Positions 1 through 16,499 of a DNA stretch of 64,000 bases are shown in pieces. The notes beneath the pieces are model-generated. The model was given only the letters and a program-made list of their open reading frames with translations, did no database searches and was not told where the DNA came from. Each line of letters opens with the position of its first letter. Position 1 is the stretch's first letter. The stretch comes from Octopus vulgaris (lineage: Eukaryota). The position numbers and the translations under genes are program-made. The stretch is from contig OX597837.1 of assembly GCA_951406725.2 (NCBI GenBank), forward strand, positions 3,720,001 through 3,784,000. The letters run 5' to 3'.

Positions 1-685
1 CTTTCTCACGACAGTAGACTCACGATGGCAAGCATTCAAAACTTCTTCATCATGGACGGCAACACATTGACGATTAAAAGGCTGGCGCAAATTTTTTAGC
101 TTGATGTAACAGAGAATTGCTAAACACCCGCTCCTTTAAATTTTAATCCCCTTCCAGCCCCATTTATACCCCTTTTCACCTTTTGGTTAATATAACCCGA
201 TTTCATTTGGGTCTACTGGGGCCACATTTTATAAGATGAGGACTCAACCAAGTTTCCCAAGTTCTGGTCATAGACCATAGAACACTCAACCAAGTTTCCC
301 GATTTCTGGTCATAGACCATAGAACAGTCAAGCAAGTTTCCCGAGTTCTGGTCATAGACCATAGAACACTCAACCAAGTTTCCCGAGTTCTGGTCATAGA
401 CCATAGAACACTAAACCAAGTTTCCCGAGTTCTGGTCATTTGCAGAATAAATAGAGACGGCGGAGGTGGCAGACGTCGTTGCAATGTAAACATGATTTGT
501 TATAAGAGAAAGATTGTCCAGATTGTGTGTTGGTGGTGTTGGTGGTGGCGATGATAATTATCATTAGGAAAAAGAATGAGTGAGTGAGGAAGACATACAT
601 AAGTTGTGGCGATGATAATTGTAGACCCCTTTTCACATTTTGATGAAGAGAACCCGATTTGATTCTGGTGTACTGGGGCCACATA

Positions 686-717
<32 letters not shown>

Positions 718-822
718 CACGCTGTAGAAATTAAATTAGAGATAAAACCACTAATAGGGAAATGAAATAGTAAAAAACCAAAAACAAAAACATAAAAATA
801 GAAATATAATATTAGATATATG

Positions 823-853
<31 letters not shown>

Positions 854-1266
854 TGACAGGTAGACAATAGAATGCGATGGCGATGGGGATGGCTATGTAA
901 TATTTGTTACTGTCCATGAACGCTGATAGATACATGAGTAAAATGTATAGGAAGGTAAGCGATAAGAGTGAGTGAAAATGTTCTTGGAAGAGAGTAAATA
1001 GCGACAGAGTGATTTGAGGAAGACTTTACATTAAATAACGGTAGTTGCATTGTCAAATGAAGACAGAGTACTGGAGAAAATAGGGTGAGGTAGGAAGATG
1101 GCCCCTAGCAACCACACCTTTTAAGATAGGGATTTCTAAGGTATCCCACGCGCATCGTCACCTCATTCTACATGTCCCTGTAAATTTTGGAGCGAATCGG
1201 ACGGGATGTAGTGGCATTGAAAGCGAACCAAGCGGTAAAAACGCAATTCAGTTTTATATATAGAGA
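1..1266 (-). mobile_element. Probable non-autonomous Helitron-like element (5' end near 1266; extends beyond window start)
   Basis: Minus strand begins TCTCTATATATAAAACTGAATTGCG (TC start) followed by a conserved-looking subterminal block, with an internal minisatellite; the 3' CTAG end is not in the window. Confidence 0.35.
242..439. repeat. 42-bp minisatellite, about 4.7 copies
   Basis: Unit ACTCAACCAAGTTTCCCGAGTTCTGGTCATAGACCATAGAAC repeats with a 42-bp period. Confidence 0.95.
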
Positions 1267-1269
1267 TAT

Positions 1270-3511
<2,242 letters not shown>

Positions 3512-3522
3512 TATATAGAAGG

Positions 3523-3573
3523 AGCTTCTACAGGACTAGTACTGTTTCATTCAAGAGAAATCTTCAGGAAGCT
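3523..3573 (-). ncRNA. Minimal type-I hammerhead ribozyme (left arm)
   Basis: Minus strand: AGCUUC-CUGAAGA-UUUCUCUUGAAU-GAAA-CAG UACUAGUC CUG-UA-GAAGCU. Stem I AGCUUC/GAAGCU, GUA cleavage triplet, weak stem II. Confidence 0.75.
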
Positions 3574-3971
3574 ATTTAACAAGAATTGTATTAGCATTTA
3601 TACATTTAGAGGAGTGGTGGTGGGGGACTTTTTTGGGGGTAGGCATAGCGCAAAATATCATACTTGGGGAGTGGTCAAGGTAATAAAAAAATAAAAAAAT
3701 AAAAAATAAAAAATAAAAAATAAAAAATAAAAAATAAAAGGATAAAATAAAAGAATAAAAATAAAAAATATAAAAAATATAAAAAATATAAAAAATATAA
3801 AAAATATATATAAAAAAATATATAAAAAAAATATATATATAAAATATATATATAAAATATATATATAAAAAAAGGGGGGATAGAGTTATAGGTAAATAAG
3901 GAGATTCTCACTTATACCTATACACACATGTATACGTATCTACACACACATACGCACATACACATATATCT

Positions 3972-4020
<49 letters not shown>

Positions 4021-4485
4021 CCTACACATACACACATACATACATACAAATATACATATACATATATATATATACAATCCAATACAGGCCCATTCCCTAA
4101 TTTTAATTTTATTATCTTCATTTATTACTTTTGTTATCTTTGATCGCTAGGGCTAAGAATCCTGGCAATAGCTGCTTGTCCGTTTGTCTGTCTACTAGAA
4201 GGCAAGTACTCATTCCCGCACGCACACTCATTAGCACGTACATTCACCCATTCGTACACTCATACACATACACGTACGCACGCGTTATATTCATACATAC
4301 AAACATCTACATACGTTCACGTATATACACATACGTACTCGTACCTACAGATTCGTGTCTACACTTTAGGAGGCTAGTCTATACATATACACCAATAAAT
4401 ATACATATATATATATATATATATATACCCGCATATACATACACACACACACATATATACTCCTACATACAGATACATACCTATA

Positions 4486-4519
<34 letters not shown>

Positions 4520-5051
4520 CATATATATACATATATATACATATATACACATACCTACACATACACACATACACATACACACACATACATACACATATAT
4601 ATACATACACAAACATATATACACACACATATATATTTACATACACACATACACACATACATACGTATACATACATACATACATCTATACATCCATACTT
4701 ACATGCATTTATACGCATACACACACCCATCTATATATATGTATATATATATATATATATACATATATATACTCACACATACATATACAAATCTACGCAC
4801 ACACATACATACATACACGTATACGCATACACGCACATACACATATACATGCGTACCCATACACGTGCACACACGCACGCGCATCCATATAAATACACAC
4901 ACACACATATATATATACACGTGTGCAAGCATACATACATACTCATACGCGCACACATACTTACAAATACATATATGCACACACTTACACACATATATAT
5001 ACATACACATATACATGCATACATACATATATGCATACATACACACACGCA

Positions 5052-5107
<56 letters not shown>

Positions 5108-5170
5108 TATACATACATAGACATACATACACATACATACACATACACATACGTACACACACATATACAC

Positions 5171-5201
<31 letters not shown>

Positions 5202-5448
5202 CACATACACGCATACATATATACACATATACATACATACATATACATACACACACACATACATATATACATATACACTGATACACATACCCATACATAC
5301 ACATGCATATACTTATATTACTACATACTCACATATATAGACATATATACATATACACACATACATATATACATGTACATACACATACGCATGCACATAT
5401 ATATATATATACACACACATATATACACATACATATATATATATATAT

Positions 5449-5491
<43 letters not shown>

Positions 5492-6281
5492 TATACACAT
5501 ATACATGTATACATACGCAAAAATGATACGCATATATACACATACACACACACAGACAGATGCATATACATACATATATATATATAAACTACATATCTAT
5601 ATAAATACAAACATAATACACATATACACACACATATATATACATTCATGCATATACATATACAAGTATACATACACAAACATACACACACACGCGCACA
5701 CATACATATACACACACACATATACAAATACATACATGTGCGGATATGTATGTATGTATATGTATTTGTATATGTGTGTGTGTATATGTATGTGTGCGCG
5801 TGTGTGTGTATGTTTGTGTATGTATACTTGTATATGTATATGCATGAATGTATATATATGTGTGTGTATATGTGTATTATGTTTGTATTTATATAGATAT
5901 GTAGTTTATATATATATATATGTATGTATATGCATCTGTCTGTGTGTGTGTATGTGTATATATGCGTATCATTTTTGCGTATGTATACATGTATATGTGT
6001 ATATGTATGTGTGTGTGTGTGTGTACGTATGTATATATATATATATATATGTATGTGTATATATGTGTGTGTATATATATATATATGTGCATGCGTATGT
6101 GTATGTACATGTATATATGTATGTGTGTATATGTATATATGTCTATATATGTGAGTATGTAGTAATATAAGTATATGCATGTGTATGTATGGGTATGTGT
6201 ATCAGTGTATATGTATATATGTATGTGTGTGTGTATGTATATGTATGTATGTATATGTGTATATATGTATGCGTGTATGTG

Positions 6282-6312
<31 letters not shown>

Positions 6313-6375
6313 GTGTATATGTGTGTGTACGTATGTGTATGTGTATGTATGTGTATGTATGTCTATGTATGTATA

Positions 6376-6442
<67 letters not shown>

Positions 6443-6957
6443 ATGTATGCATATATGTATGTATGCATGTATATGTGTATGTATATATATGTGTGTAAGT
6501 GTGTGCATATATGTATTTGTAAGTATGTGTGCGCGTATGAGTATGTATGTATGCTTGCACACGTGTATATATATATATGTGTGTGTGTGTATTTATATGG
6601 ATGCGCGTGCGTGTGTGCACGTGTATGGGTACGCATGTATATGTGTATGTGCGTGTATGCGTATACGTGTATGTATGTATGTGTGTGCGTAGATTTGTAT
6701 ATGTATGTGTGAGTGTGTATATATATATATATATATATATACATATATATAGATGGGTGTGTGTATGCGTATAAATGCATGTAAGTATGGATGTATAGAT
6801 GTATGTATGTATGTATACGTATGTATGTGTGTATGTGTGTATGTAAATATATATGTGTGTGTATATATGTTTGTGTATGTATATATATGTGTATGTATGT
6901 GTGTGTATGTGTATGTGTGTATGTGTAGGTATGTGTATATATGTATATATATGTATA

Positions 6958-7001
<44 letters not shown>

Positions 7002-7460
7002 TATGTATCTGTATGTAGGAGTATATATGTGTGTGTGTGTATGTATATGCGGGTATATATATATATATATATATATGTATATTTATTGGTGTATATGTAT
7101 AGACTAGCCTCCTAAAGTGTAGACACGAATCTGTAGGTACGAGTACGTATGTGTATATACGTGAACGTATGTAGATGTTTGTATGTATGAATATAACGCG
7201 TGCGTACGTGTATGTGTATGAGTGTACGAATGGGTGAATGTACGTGCTAATGAGTGTGCGTGCGGGAATGAGTACTTGCCTTCTAGTAGACAGACAAACG
7301 GACAAGCAGCTATTGCCAGGATTCTTAGCCCTAGCGATCAAAGATAACAAAAGTAATAAATGAAGATAATAAAATTAAAATTAGGGAATGGGCCTGTATT
7401 GGATTGTATATATATATATGTATATGTATATTTGTATGTATGTATGTGTGTATGTGTAGG

Positions 7461-7517
<57 letters not shown>

Positions 7518-7916
7518 AGATATATGTGTATGTGCGTATGTGTGTGTAGATACGTATACATGTGTGTATAGGTATAAGTGAGAATCTCCTTATTTACCTA
7601 TAACTCTATCCCCCCTTTTTTTATATATATATTTTATATATATATTTTATATATATATTTTTTTATATATTTTTTTATATATATTTTTTATATTTTTTAT
7701 ATTTTTTATATTTTTTATATTTTTTATTTTTATTCTTTTATTTTATCCTTTTATTTTTTTATTTTTTATTTTTTATTTTTTTATTTTTTATTTTTTTATT
7801 TTTTTATTACCTTGACCACTCCCCCAAGTATGATATTTTGCGCTATGCCTACCCCCAAAAAGTCCCCCACCACCACTCCTCTAAATGTATAAATGCTAAT
7901 ACAATTCTTGTTAAAT

Positions 7917-7967
7917 AGCTTCCTGAAGATTTCTCTTGAATGAAACAGTACTAGTCCTGTAGAAGCT
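7917..7967 (+). ncRNA. Minimal type-I hammerhead ribozyme (right arm)
   Basis: AGCTTC CTGAAGA TTTCTCTTGAAT GAAA CAGTACTAGTCCTG TA GAAGCT; predicted cleavage after A7961. Confidence 0.75.
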
Positions 7968-8048
7968 CCTTCTATATAATAAATTAATTTTACTCTGCTA
8001 TGTATTGAGTACCTTACTTACTGTGGTTAACCCCGTATCAACCCGGGA

Positions 8049-8096
<48 letters not shown>

Positions 8097-8111
8097 CATA
8101 CACACACACAG

Positions 8112-8144
<33 letters not shown>

Positions 8145-8162
8145 AACACACATATATATATA

Positions 8163-8543
8163 TGCCACTCCGTCGGTTGCGACGATGAGGGTTCCAGTTG
8201 ATCCAATCAACGGAACAACCTGCTCGAGAAATTTACGTGCAAGTGGCTGAGCACTCCACAGACACGTACCCTTAATGTAGTTCTCAAGGAGCTGCATTCG
8301 CCTTGATACCGAGTGTGACAAGGCTTGTCCTTTCAAATACATTTACAACAGAAGCAGGAAGAAAGAGTAAGAGAAAATTGTGGTGAAAGAGTACAGTACG
8401 GTTCGCCACCCCCTGCCGGAAAATCGTGGCGCTTTTAGGTGTTTTTTCGCTTAATAAACACTCACAACGCTCGGTCTGAAAATCGAAAGCGCGGTCCTAC
8501 GACGGCGAGTCCACATCCCTAACCACTGGGCCCTCGTGCCTCC
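8163..8543 (-). mobile_element. tRNA-derived SINE (head related to 62838-63145)
   Basis: Reverse complement has a GGCCCAGTGGTTAGGG A-box head and TTCGATT B-box, then a body shared with the 62.8-kb copy. Confidence 0.7.
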
Positions 8544-9171
8544 ACACACAAACACACACGTATGTATGTATGTATGTATGTATGTATGTATGTATGTATG
8601 TATGTATGTATGGATTTATGCATGTATGTATGTATGAATCTATGTGTGAGTATGAACTACAAGATGCTAGAAATCTTATATCATATCTTATTGTTGTTTT
8701 ACTCCCTGAAGATGTCTTGTCATTTCCGATACTCTTTTTAGATTCCCTTTTGGCAGACGGATGTCATTTTCTTTCTTGAACGTTGATTATTATTTGATGT
8801 CTTAATTCAAAAGATAAACTGAATGTTCAAATCCAATTAAAGTCAGATCTTGCTCGCCTTCCTTTGCTGCATCTATTAAAGACACATCTTTTTTCACCCC
8901 CACATACACAACACACACACGCACACACACACACACATATATTTACATGTATGTATGTATGTATGTATGTATATAAATATATATACGACCTGTCTTATAT
9001 ATATGTATGTGCGTTTTTCTGTCTGTCTTTGCTTCCAATCATTGCTTGATAACCAGTGTTGTTTACGAACCTGTAACTTAGCGGTTCGGCGAAAGAGAAC
9101 GATAGAGTTAGTACCATGCTTTAACCAAATGAGTACTGGGGTGACTTGTTCAACTAAAATTCACAAACACA

Positions 9172-9217
<46 letters not shown>

Positions 9218-9280
9218 CATACACAGACACACACATATACATACACAGACACACACACACGCATATATATATACATATAT

Positions 9281-9428
9281 ACGACGAGCTTCTTTCGGTT
9301 TCCGTCTACCAAATCCACTCACAAGGCTTTGGTCGGCCCGAGGCTATAGTAGAAGACACTTGCCCAAGGTGACACGTAGTGGGACTGAACACAGAACCAC
9401 GTGGTTGGTAAGCAAGCTACTTACCACA
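9281..9428 (-). mobile_element. SINE fragment (TTTCCGTCTACCAAATCCACTCACAAGG family)
   Basis: Same core sequence as the copies at 20.7, 21.3, 22.7, 36.3 and 59.5 kb. Confidence 0.8.
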
Positions 9429-9802
9429 GGTCTGATTCCTTTTCCATCTTTACTTTATTTTGTCCTTTTCTTTCTGCAGTTCCTTTCAGACGTCCATGAG
9501 TTCTTCGTTACGTATTCAACAACCTTGTTACTCAAAGCAAAAATTATGCCTAACTCTTTTTCCCTCTAGGTCGAGATAATGTGCATAGTAAAAAAAAAAA
9601 AATAGATGGTTGAAACGGGAATCGAAACCGTGTTTCCAATTGCCGACTTATTTATGATTGGTTCCTTCTAAAATGTCAGTATGTGAATTAATGAATCAAA
9701 ACTTTACTGCTTGTCAAATTATGGAAACATTTCTACCGACACCACAACACACACACACCAGCACAAACACACACACACACATACACACGCACACACACAC
9801 AC

Positions 9803-9937
9803 ACTTCACTATATCACGAACACATACGCATAAACACACACTCCGCTCTTACACATGTATCCCAACACATACCACATTACGCGCGCACACTCGCCAAACC
9901 ACACAAACACACAGATCACACATCATACCCTGTGCAC

Positions 9938-9976
<39 letters not shown>

Positions 9977-10155
9977 AGCTCAAACACACACACACACACT
10001 TCCCTATATCACACACACATACACCACGAACACATACGCATAAACACACACTCCGCTCTTACACATGTATCCCAACACATACCACATTACGCGCGCACAC
10101 TTGCCACACCACACAAACACACAGATCACACATCATACCCTGCGCTCCTACACTT
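9803..10155. repeat. Tandem duplication, period about 210 bp, inside CA-rich DNA
   Basis: CTCCGCTCTTACACATGTATCCCAACACATACCACATTACGCGCGCACAC occurs at 9841 and 10051. Confidence 0.85.
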
Positions 10156-10166
10156 ACACACACGCG

Positions 10167-10200
<34 letters not shown>

Positions 10201-10209
10201 ACACACATG

Positions 10210-10245
<36 letters not shown>

Positions 10246-11265
10246 CATACACGCCATCCACACTGTATAAATGAATAAGAAAACTGTGTTTAAGATACTT
10301 TAACTTCATGTAAATGTCATATCAATCGAAACGAGCCAAGCAGACATAAATAACCAAAGAAACTAACAAATAAATGAATATTTATGCCGGAAATTGTCTA
10401 AACACATTAGACATTCTTTGATTATATTCGTCATTACCGTCACCCCTATCCACTCCACCGAAAAACAAAAACAAAAGAAATAAGTTAATTTTTGCTGAAG
10501 AATTTCGAATTTTATCAGTGGTTAATATGACAGGTTTTTTCAAAAAGAAAAAAAAGAGTTAAGAATAATTTTTGGCTTGTGTAATATGTTCGTTGAATAT
10601 ATAAAGAAGAAGGCATGGACGTCTTAAAGAAACTTCAGGGAGAAGAGAAGTAAATATAAATTGAGGAGTCAGTCTTATTAACTTATATTATGTGCTTCCC
10701 AGATATGTTTTTAAAGCATCGGCCATTTTTGTTTTTGTATTACTGACGTTTCTTTAAGCACCCATCCCCAAATCCCTAGCTAGGAATCACAGCTCTTTCC
10801 TTTTAATGTACTTAGTTGTCAGATAAATTTCCTTGTTCCTACCCTCACCCAACCTATCCCACTTGGCACTCAATCATCGTATGTCTAAAAATAGATAATT
10901 TTTAGACGTCGTATGTCTAAAAATAGACAATAGGAAAGACTATTCAAATTTCAAACACAATAAGCAGAAGTTATAGAGGAAGAACGGAAATAAATTACAA
11001 AGAAATAAATAAAATAAACAACTACATAAAATCCCATAAAACGCTACAATAAAAATAGCTTCCGTGTTAATTCAGTTGACACCTGAAAGGATTAAAATAC
11101 ATGGAAAAACCCCAACGAATTTATCTGGCAGCTCTAATCTTGGCACAAAACCAGACATTTCAGTATGGGAGCAGGTCAATTACATCAACCCCATTGATCA
11201 AATACTTCCTATTTTATCGACTTCAAAAGCATGAAAGGCAAAGTCTCATATCAGTTCGTCGGAGA

Positions 11266-11375
<110 letters not shown>

Positions 11376-12000
11376 CAATAATAAATCTCTGAACGAGATG
11401 TAAACAGTAACCGCTCGACAACGTAAAGTATACTAGCCATCTCAATATGGCTAACCACTAAGGGTGGGAGTAACAGCTTTTGTTATATTTCTGCTGCTTT
11501 TAAATAAAGCATACTACTCTACCTTTGATATTTGAGTACTCTCTTTTCCACCTTGTTTCACATTTATGTGCTTACCCCGGTATATATATATATATATATG
11601 TATATATATGTATGTGTGTGTATTTGTGTGTGTATATATCTATGTATGTATGTATATATGAGACAGAGACGAGTGAAGAGTGAGAAGGGAAAGTAAAAGA
11701 TAAATAGAATGAGTGATAGGGAAGCGCAAATTCATATATGTGTACAAGTATATGCACATATGTCTGTGCTTTGTGTTCGAGTATCTGAAATTATGTAAAT
11801 ATAGATAAGATGTATATTTATATACGTATATCGATATATATTTGTTTGCATCTGTGTATATATATGTGTATATATATGTATATATATATATATATATATA
11901 TAAATATATATATATTAAGTTACATAGGGTGACAGATAAATACTTGGGTAGATAACTACATAAGCAGATTAATATACATAGATACATATATACATATACA

Positions 12001-12042
<42 letters not shown>

Positions 12043-12629
12043 CATAAATATATGTGTATATATATAAAATATACACACATAGTGAGAAGAAGATAGAGAG
12101 AGAGAGCGCGACGGAAAGACGAGCAGACAGCTAGATTGATAGTCAGACAGATAGATACGTCTCTTGATAGAGAGACAAATGCTAATGTAAATGGATAGCT
12201 AGAATTGAATCAAAAGTAAAAAAAATAAGAATAACACTTACGAAAACCATCACTCAAAACAAATGATAGAACAAAACAAAATGGCGACGGAAAAAAGTAA
12301 GAAGCGAAAAGGGAGGTGGAAGTAGGAGGAAGTGTTGATAAGAAGGTTGCAAAGGACGTAAGCCGTGGGGAAAGAGGAAGGACAAAGAGATGTGGCTACT
12401 CTTTCGACAAGTTTAGTTTCGTATTGACAGACGGATGTAGAGTTTAATTTGTGATTCAGTAAATTTTGACAATTCGGTTAGAGGAGTTGCGCAAACAACT
12501 TGAGAGATGTTTTGCTATGATAAATAATGTCAATACTATGCTGCGTTGCTACTTAGACACATGCAGATAATATATCTATATATGTAAATGCATAAGTAAA
12601 TAAAAGTATAGGTTTACAGACATACAGAC

Positions 12630-12676
<47 letters not shown>

Positions 12677-13093
12677 AATACATACATACATGCGTACATA
12701 ATTATACACACATATATATGCAAATACATATATGTTTATAAATTGATATACATTTGGATGTATATATTCGTACACATGTACATAAATGCATATATATACT
12801 TGAATGTATATGTCTACATTTTATTTTATATTTTATTTTATTTTATCTAGTTTCAGCTCACGAGCTGTGGCCATGCTGGGGCACGGCCATTTGGTATTGC
12901 TACATAATTTTACTTCACGAATACTATTTAGGGATTGACATTTGGTGCATGAGAAAGTTTGACGCAGCTGCCCCCATCTGCACCTCCTTCCGCGAATTTG
13001 GTTCATCTGGGACACCTGACAGGAAGAGGTCCAGCATTAATTTGAAGACACCTACATCCACCCCATGCAGGTCTCTCAGGTCCTTCGGGAGGA

Positions 13094-13443
<350 letters not shown>

Positions 13444-14132
13444 ATATATATATAATTATAAAAATTGGGAGATAGGCCCAGGTAGATATGAAGTAAGTTT
13501 CAGAAGTGAACCGAAGAACATATAGTGTTTCCAACAATTAGTTTCTGTCTTGATACATGATGTACATAGATGTGCCTAGGTCCAGAGGATATGAAACAAG
13601 GTTAACAATGGAAAAATGGTGTATCAATTAATTACTTATGCATTTTTACATCTATAAAATCCATAAACTATAGACATTAATAAATAAATAACATACCCGA
13701 CATATATTTCAGCTGATTTACCAAGAGCGTATCCATTTATAATTAAATAATTAAATAATTAAATAATTAATCAATATAATCTATTTAGTAAAACAGCTTC
13801 ATGAGGGAATTTAAGAGGAAGTTCCTAGTTACACCATTTGAAATTGTCCTATAGGTAAATATGAATAACGTAAATCTCGATTAACCGTTGAAAGTATTTT
13901 CGCTTTTAGGAACGCTAAATAAAATTTGCATGTCTGTAGCAGATAAATAAAAATAAAACTTCAAACAAAACGACTATTCTAAATTATTACAATTAGCAAT
14001 AATATACAAACATAAATATGTATGACATTATTATGTTCAATAAACGAAATATTCTTTACTAATTATATCCCGTACTTTAGATAAAGTATATTATTATGAA
14101 TTAACATTTCTTAATTCTGTTTTATATAATAA

Positions 14133-14330
14133 CTAGCAGTATCGCCCGGCGTTGCTCGTGTTTGTTTCGGCGCTTTAGAATTGGAATTTTTGAAAAGTAA
14201 AACTTTTGCATTATTTAGCTTGTTACTCTCTTTCGGTTGAAATACACTGAAAAATGGCCGGATAACTGAAGAGATAGCGGCGTGGATTTCCACCTCGACA
14301 TCCAAAACTCGGAGTTTTATCATGGCTACC
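14133..14330 (-). mobile_element. Helitron 3' terminus fragment
   Basis: Minus strand ends ...CGAGCAACGCCGGGCGATACTGCTAG|T: a GC hairpin about 11 nt before CTAG. Confidence 0.6.
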
Positions 14331-14436
14331 GAATAATTGTCACATATTAAGTTTACAAATAAATTCCACTATTAAGATAATATCGATGTCTCTTTCTTTC
14401 TTTTGTTGTCTTACCATCTTTATCAATATATCTATA

Positions 14437-14496
<60 letters not shown>

Positions 14497-15060
14497 TAGT
14501 ATATATTGAAAGAACGAGAAAGAGAGAGTAAATGTGTATACCGATGTTTTTGGGTACCAGTTTGTGTGTACGTATATGTGTGACACTGACTCGAATTAGT
14601 AAGTACTCAAAATAATTTGGTAGATTCGAAAAAATCTTGTGTAAATTTATAAATTTTAAATATGCGTTAGTAGTTATTCTGAGTTCCTTGTTTTAGAAGT
14701 GACGTCTACAGGTCTTTGCTGGATTTTATAAAAATCATTATAGCCCGAATAACTTTGTGCAAGTGACATTGAAAATCAGTTGGGTGCGAAAATATAGACT
14801 AGAAACAGACAGGCGAAGCTGATCTTGTATGTAATAGAAGATAAAATGGAAATGGAAATTTGTCAAGATTACCAATGTAGATCGATGAAGCGAAAATTTT
14901 CTAGAAATATACCATTAATACCCACTCTGTGAGAATTAATGGAAAATTTCTAGTCTATCTTTCTCTCTGTCTATTTCTTTCTCTTTCTCGCTCCACATAA
15001 TACTTATAATATAATACAATATGATATTATGTATATATATATATGTATATATATATGTTA

Positions 15061-15197
<137 letters not shown>

Positions 15198-15221
15198 TAT
15201 ATATACAAATAATGAGAGAGA

Positions 15222-15515
15222 GTCCACATGTGGTCACTTCTAACGCTAGATATAGATGCACGAAGGGAATCCACCACTAAAGAAATGTTCTCAAGAATTA
15301 ATTCAACGCGCCAAGAATGTAAGCGAGCAGGACAAATGAAAAATAACGAAAAAATAGATTAACTCTATACAATTGTTTCACCGTTAATAGATTGTGTAAT
15401 TTTGTTTATATATACACATATATATATAATACGATATCATATATATATTGCGTATATATATATATATCGAGTGTTTTGGCTAAGATCAATGTCTAATATC
15501 TACTCTTAACGGTTT
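15222..15515 (-). mobile_element. PLE 3' tail remnant with a half HHR
   Basis: Reverse complement has GAAACAATTGTA (stem III plus GUA) at ~15368-15379 but no CUGANGA; similar in layout to 22480-22645. Confidence 0.45.
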
Positions 15516-15677
15516 ATATATATATACGGTTTAAGTAATTGAGATTCAAGTGAATTCTAATGAATTCACATGAATATGGTCCTTAACTAGGATGCACCGG
15601 AAATCTATATGGTGTTAACCATACGACAAGTGAGGTGATTACAAATAGGAAAAAAGCAACAAGAATGGATTAAAATC

Positions 15678-15761
15678 TCGGTACAATTGTTTCGTACGAG
15701 GACATCTTTAATAAGCTACAAAAAATGTAGTAAATATAGATGGCTCGTACTCATCAGCCGA
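15678..15761 (-). ncRNA. Type-I hammerhead ribozyme with extended stem II
   Basis: Minus strand: UCGG-CUGAUGA-GUACGAG...CUCGUAC-GAAA-CAAUUG-UA-CCGA; palindromic stem III ACAAUUGU. Confidence 0.85.
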
Positions 15762-16499
15762 AAAAACATCAGAGATTCCCAAACATCAAAAGGGGTAGAT
15801 ACAAATGAGGGTGTAAGTTTAACTGCATTGAAGAAAGTTCGATTCCTGGAGATCCGATGAAAGGTCTTGAACTTACAGAATTTGTGCATGTCCATATATA
15901 GCTCATAGTGAATTATTAATCAAGTTATGTGAAGAAATTTTGGGTACAATCGTGCGAAATTTCAGGGAATCCGAGTGAGAAGCAAAATGACAATCTTATT
16001 CTGTAGAGGAACAGATTGTTATTGAAAATTACAAGAATCACAGAGAGAAGAGGAAGGAAGTAGAATTTAGTCAGTTACTGCTATTAAATGCTATCAAAGA
16101 GAAGGGAACGGGAAGCTAAGGGGAGGGACACAAGTTGATACTATAAGAAAAATCTAAGCTTATTTGGTGCAAAATTCGAACTGAGGTCAATTAATTTATT
16201 TCTTTATTTATTAATGTTACTATTAATAGATTGTCAGGTTACAATGAGAGGTCAGTAGAAAGGAAAGAAAAAAAGGAGTTGTTTTCTAATGAAACCAAAC
16301 AATTATATTATTATTATATTATATTATATTATATTATATTATATTATATTATATTATATTATATTATATTATAATATATTATAATAGGTTCGGGATTAGC
16401 AGAATTAATTATTAGTGTAAAAGAAACTAAGAAGTTTAACTAACTAATTTTTTATTGGTAGGTTAAAGTGAAATAGACTAAGAAATAGAGATATAAAAT

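Larger units (their letters stand above)
3507..8052 (+). mobile_element. Non-autonomous fold-back (palindromic) Penelope-like derivative, about 4.5 kb
   Basis: 3507-~5737 is the near-perfect reverse complement of ~5745-7983; an HHR lies at each end; unique 3' tail 7984-8052; flanked by (TA)n. Confidence 0.8.

Noticed and set aside
242-439. 42-bp repeats as a CRISPR array or repeat protein
   Set aside because: Contiguous units without unique spacers, in a eukaryotic context; a minisatellite.
11380-11420. CTGAACGA..AAACAGTA as a hammerhead
   Set aside because: Core spacing is wrong and stems are absent; at most a decayed relic.
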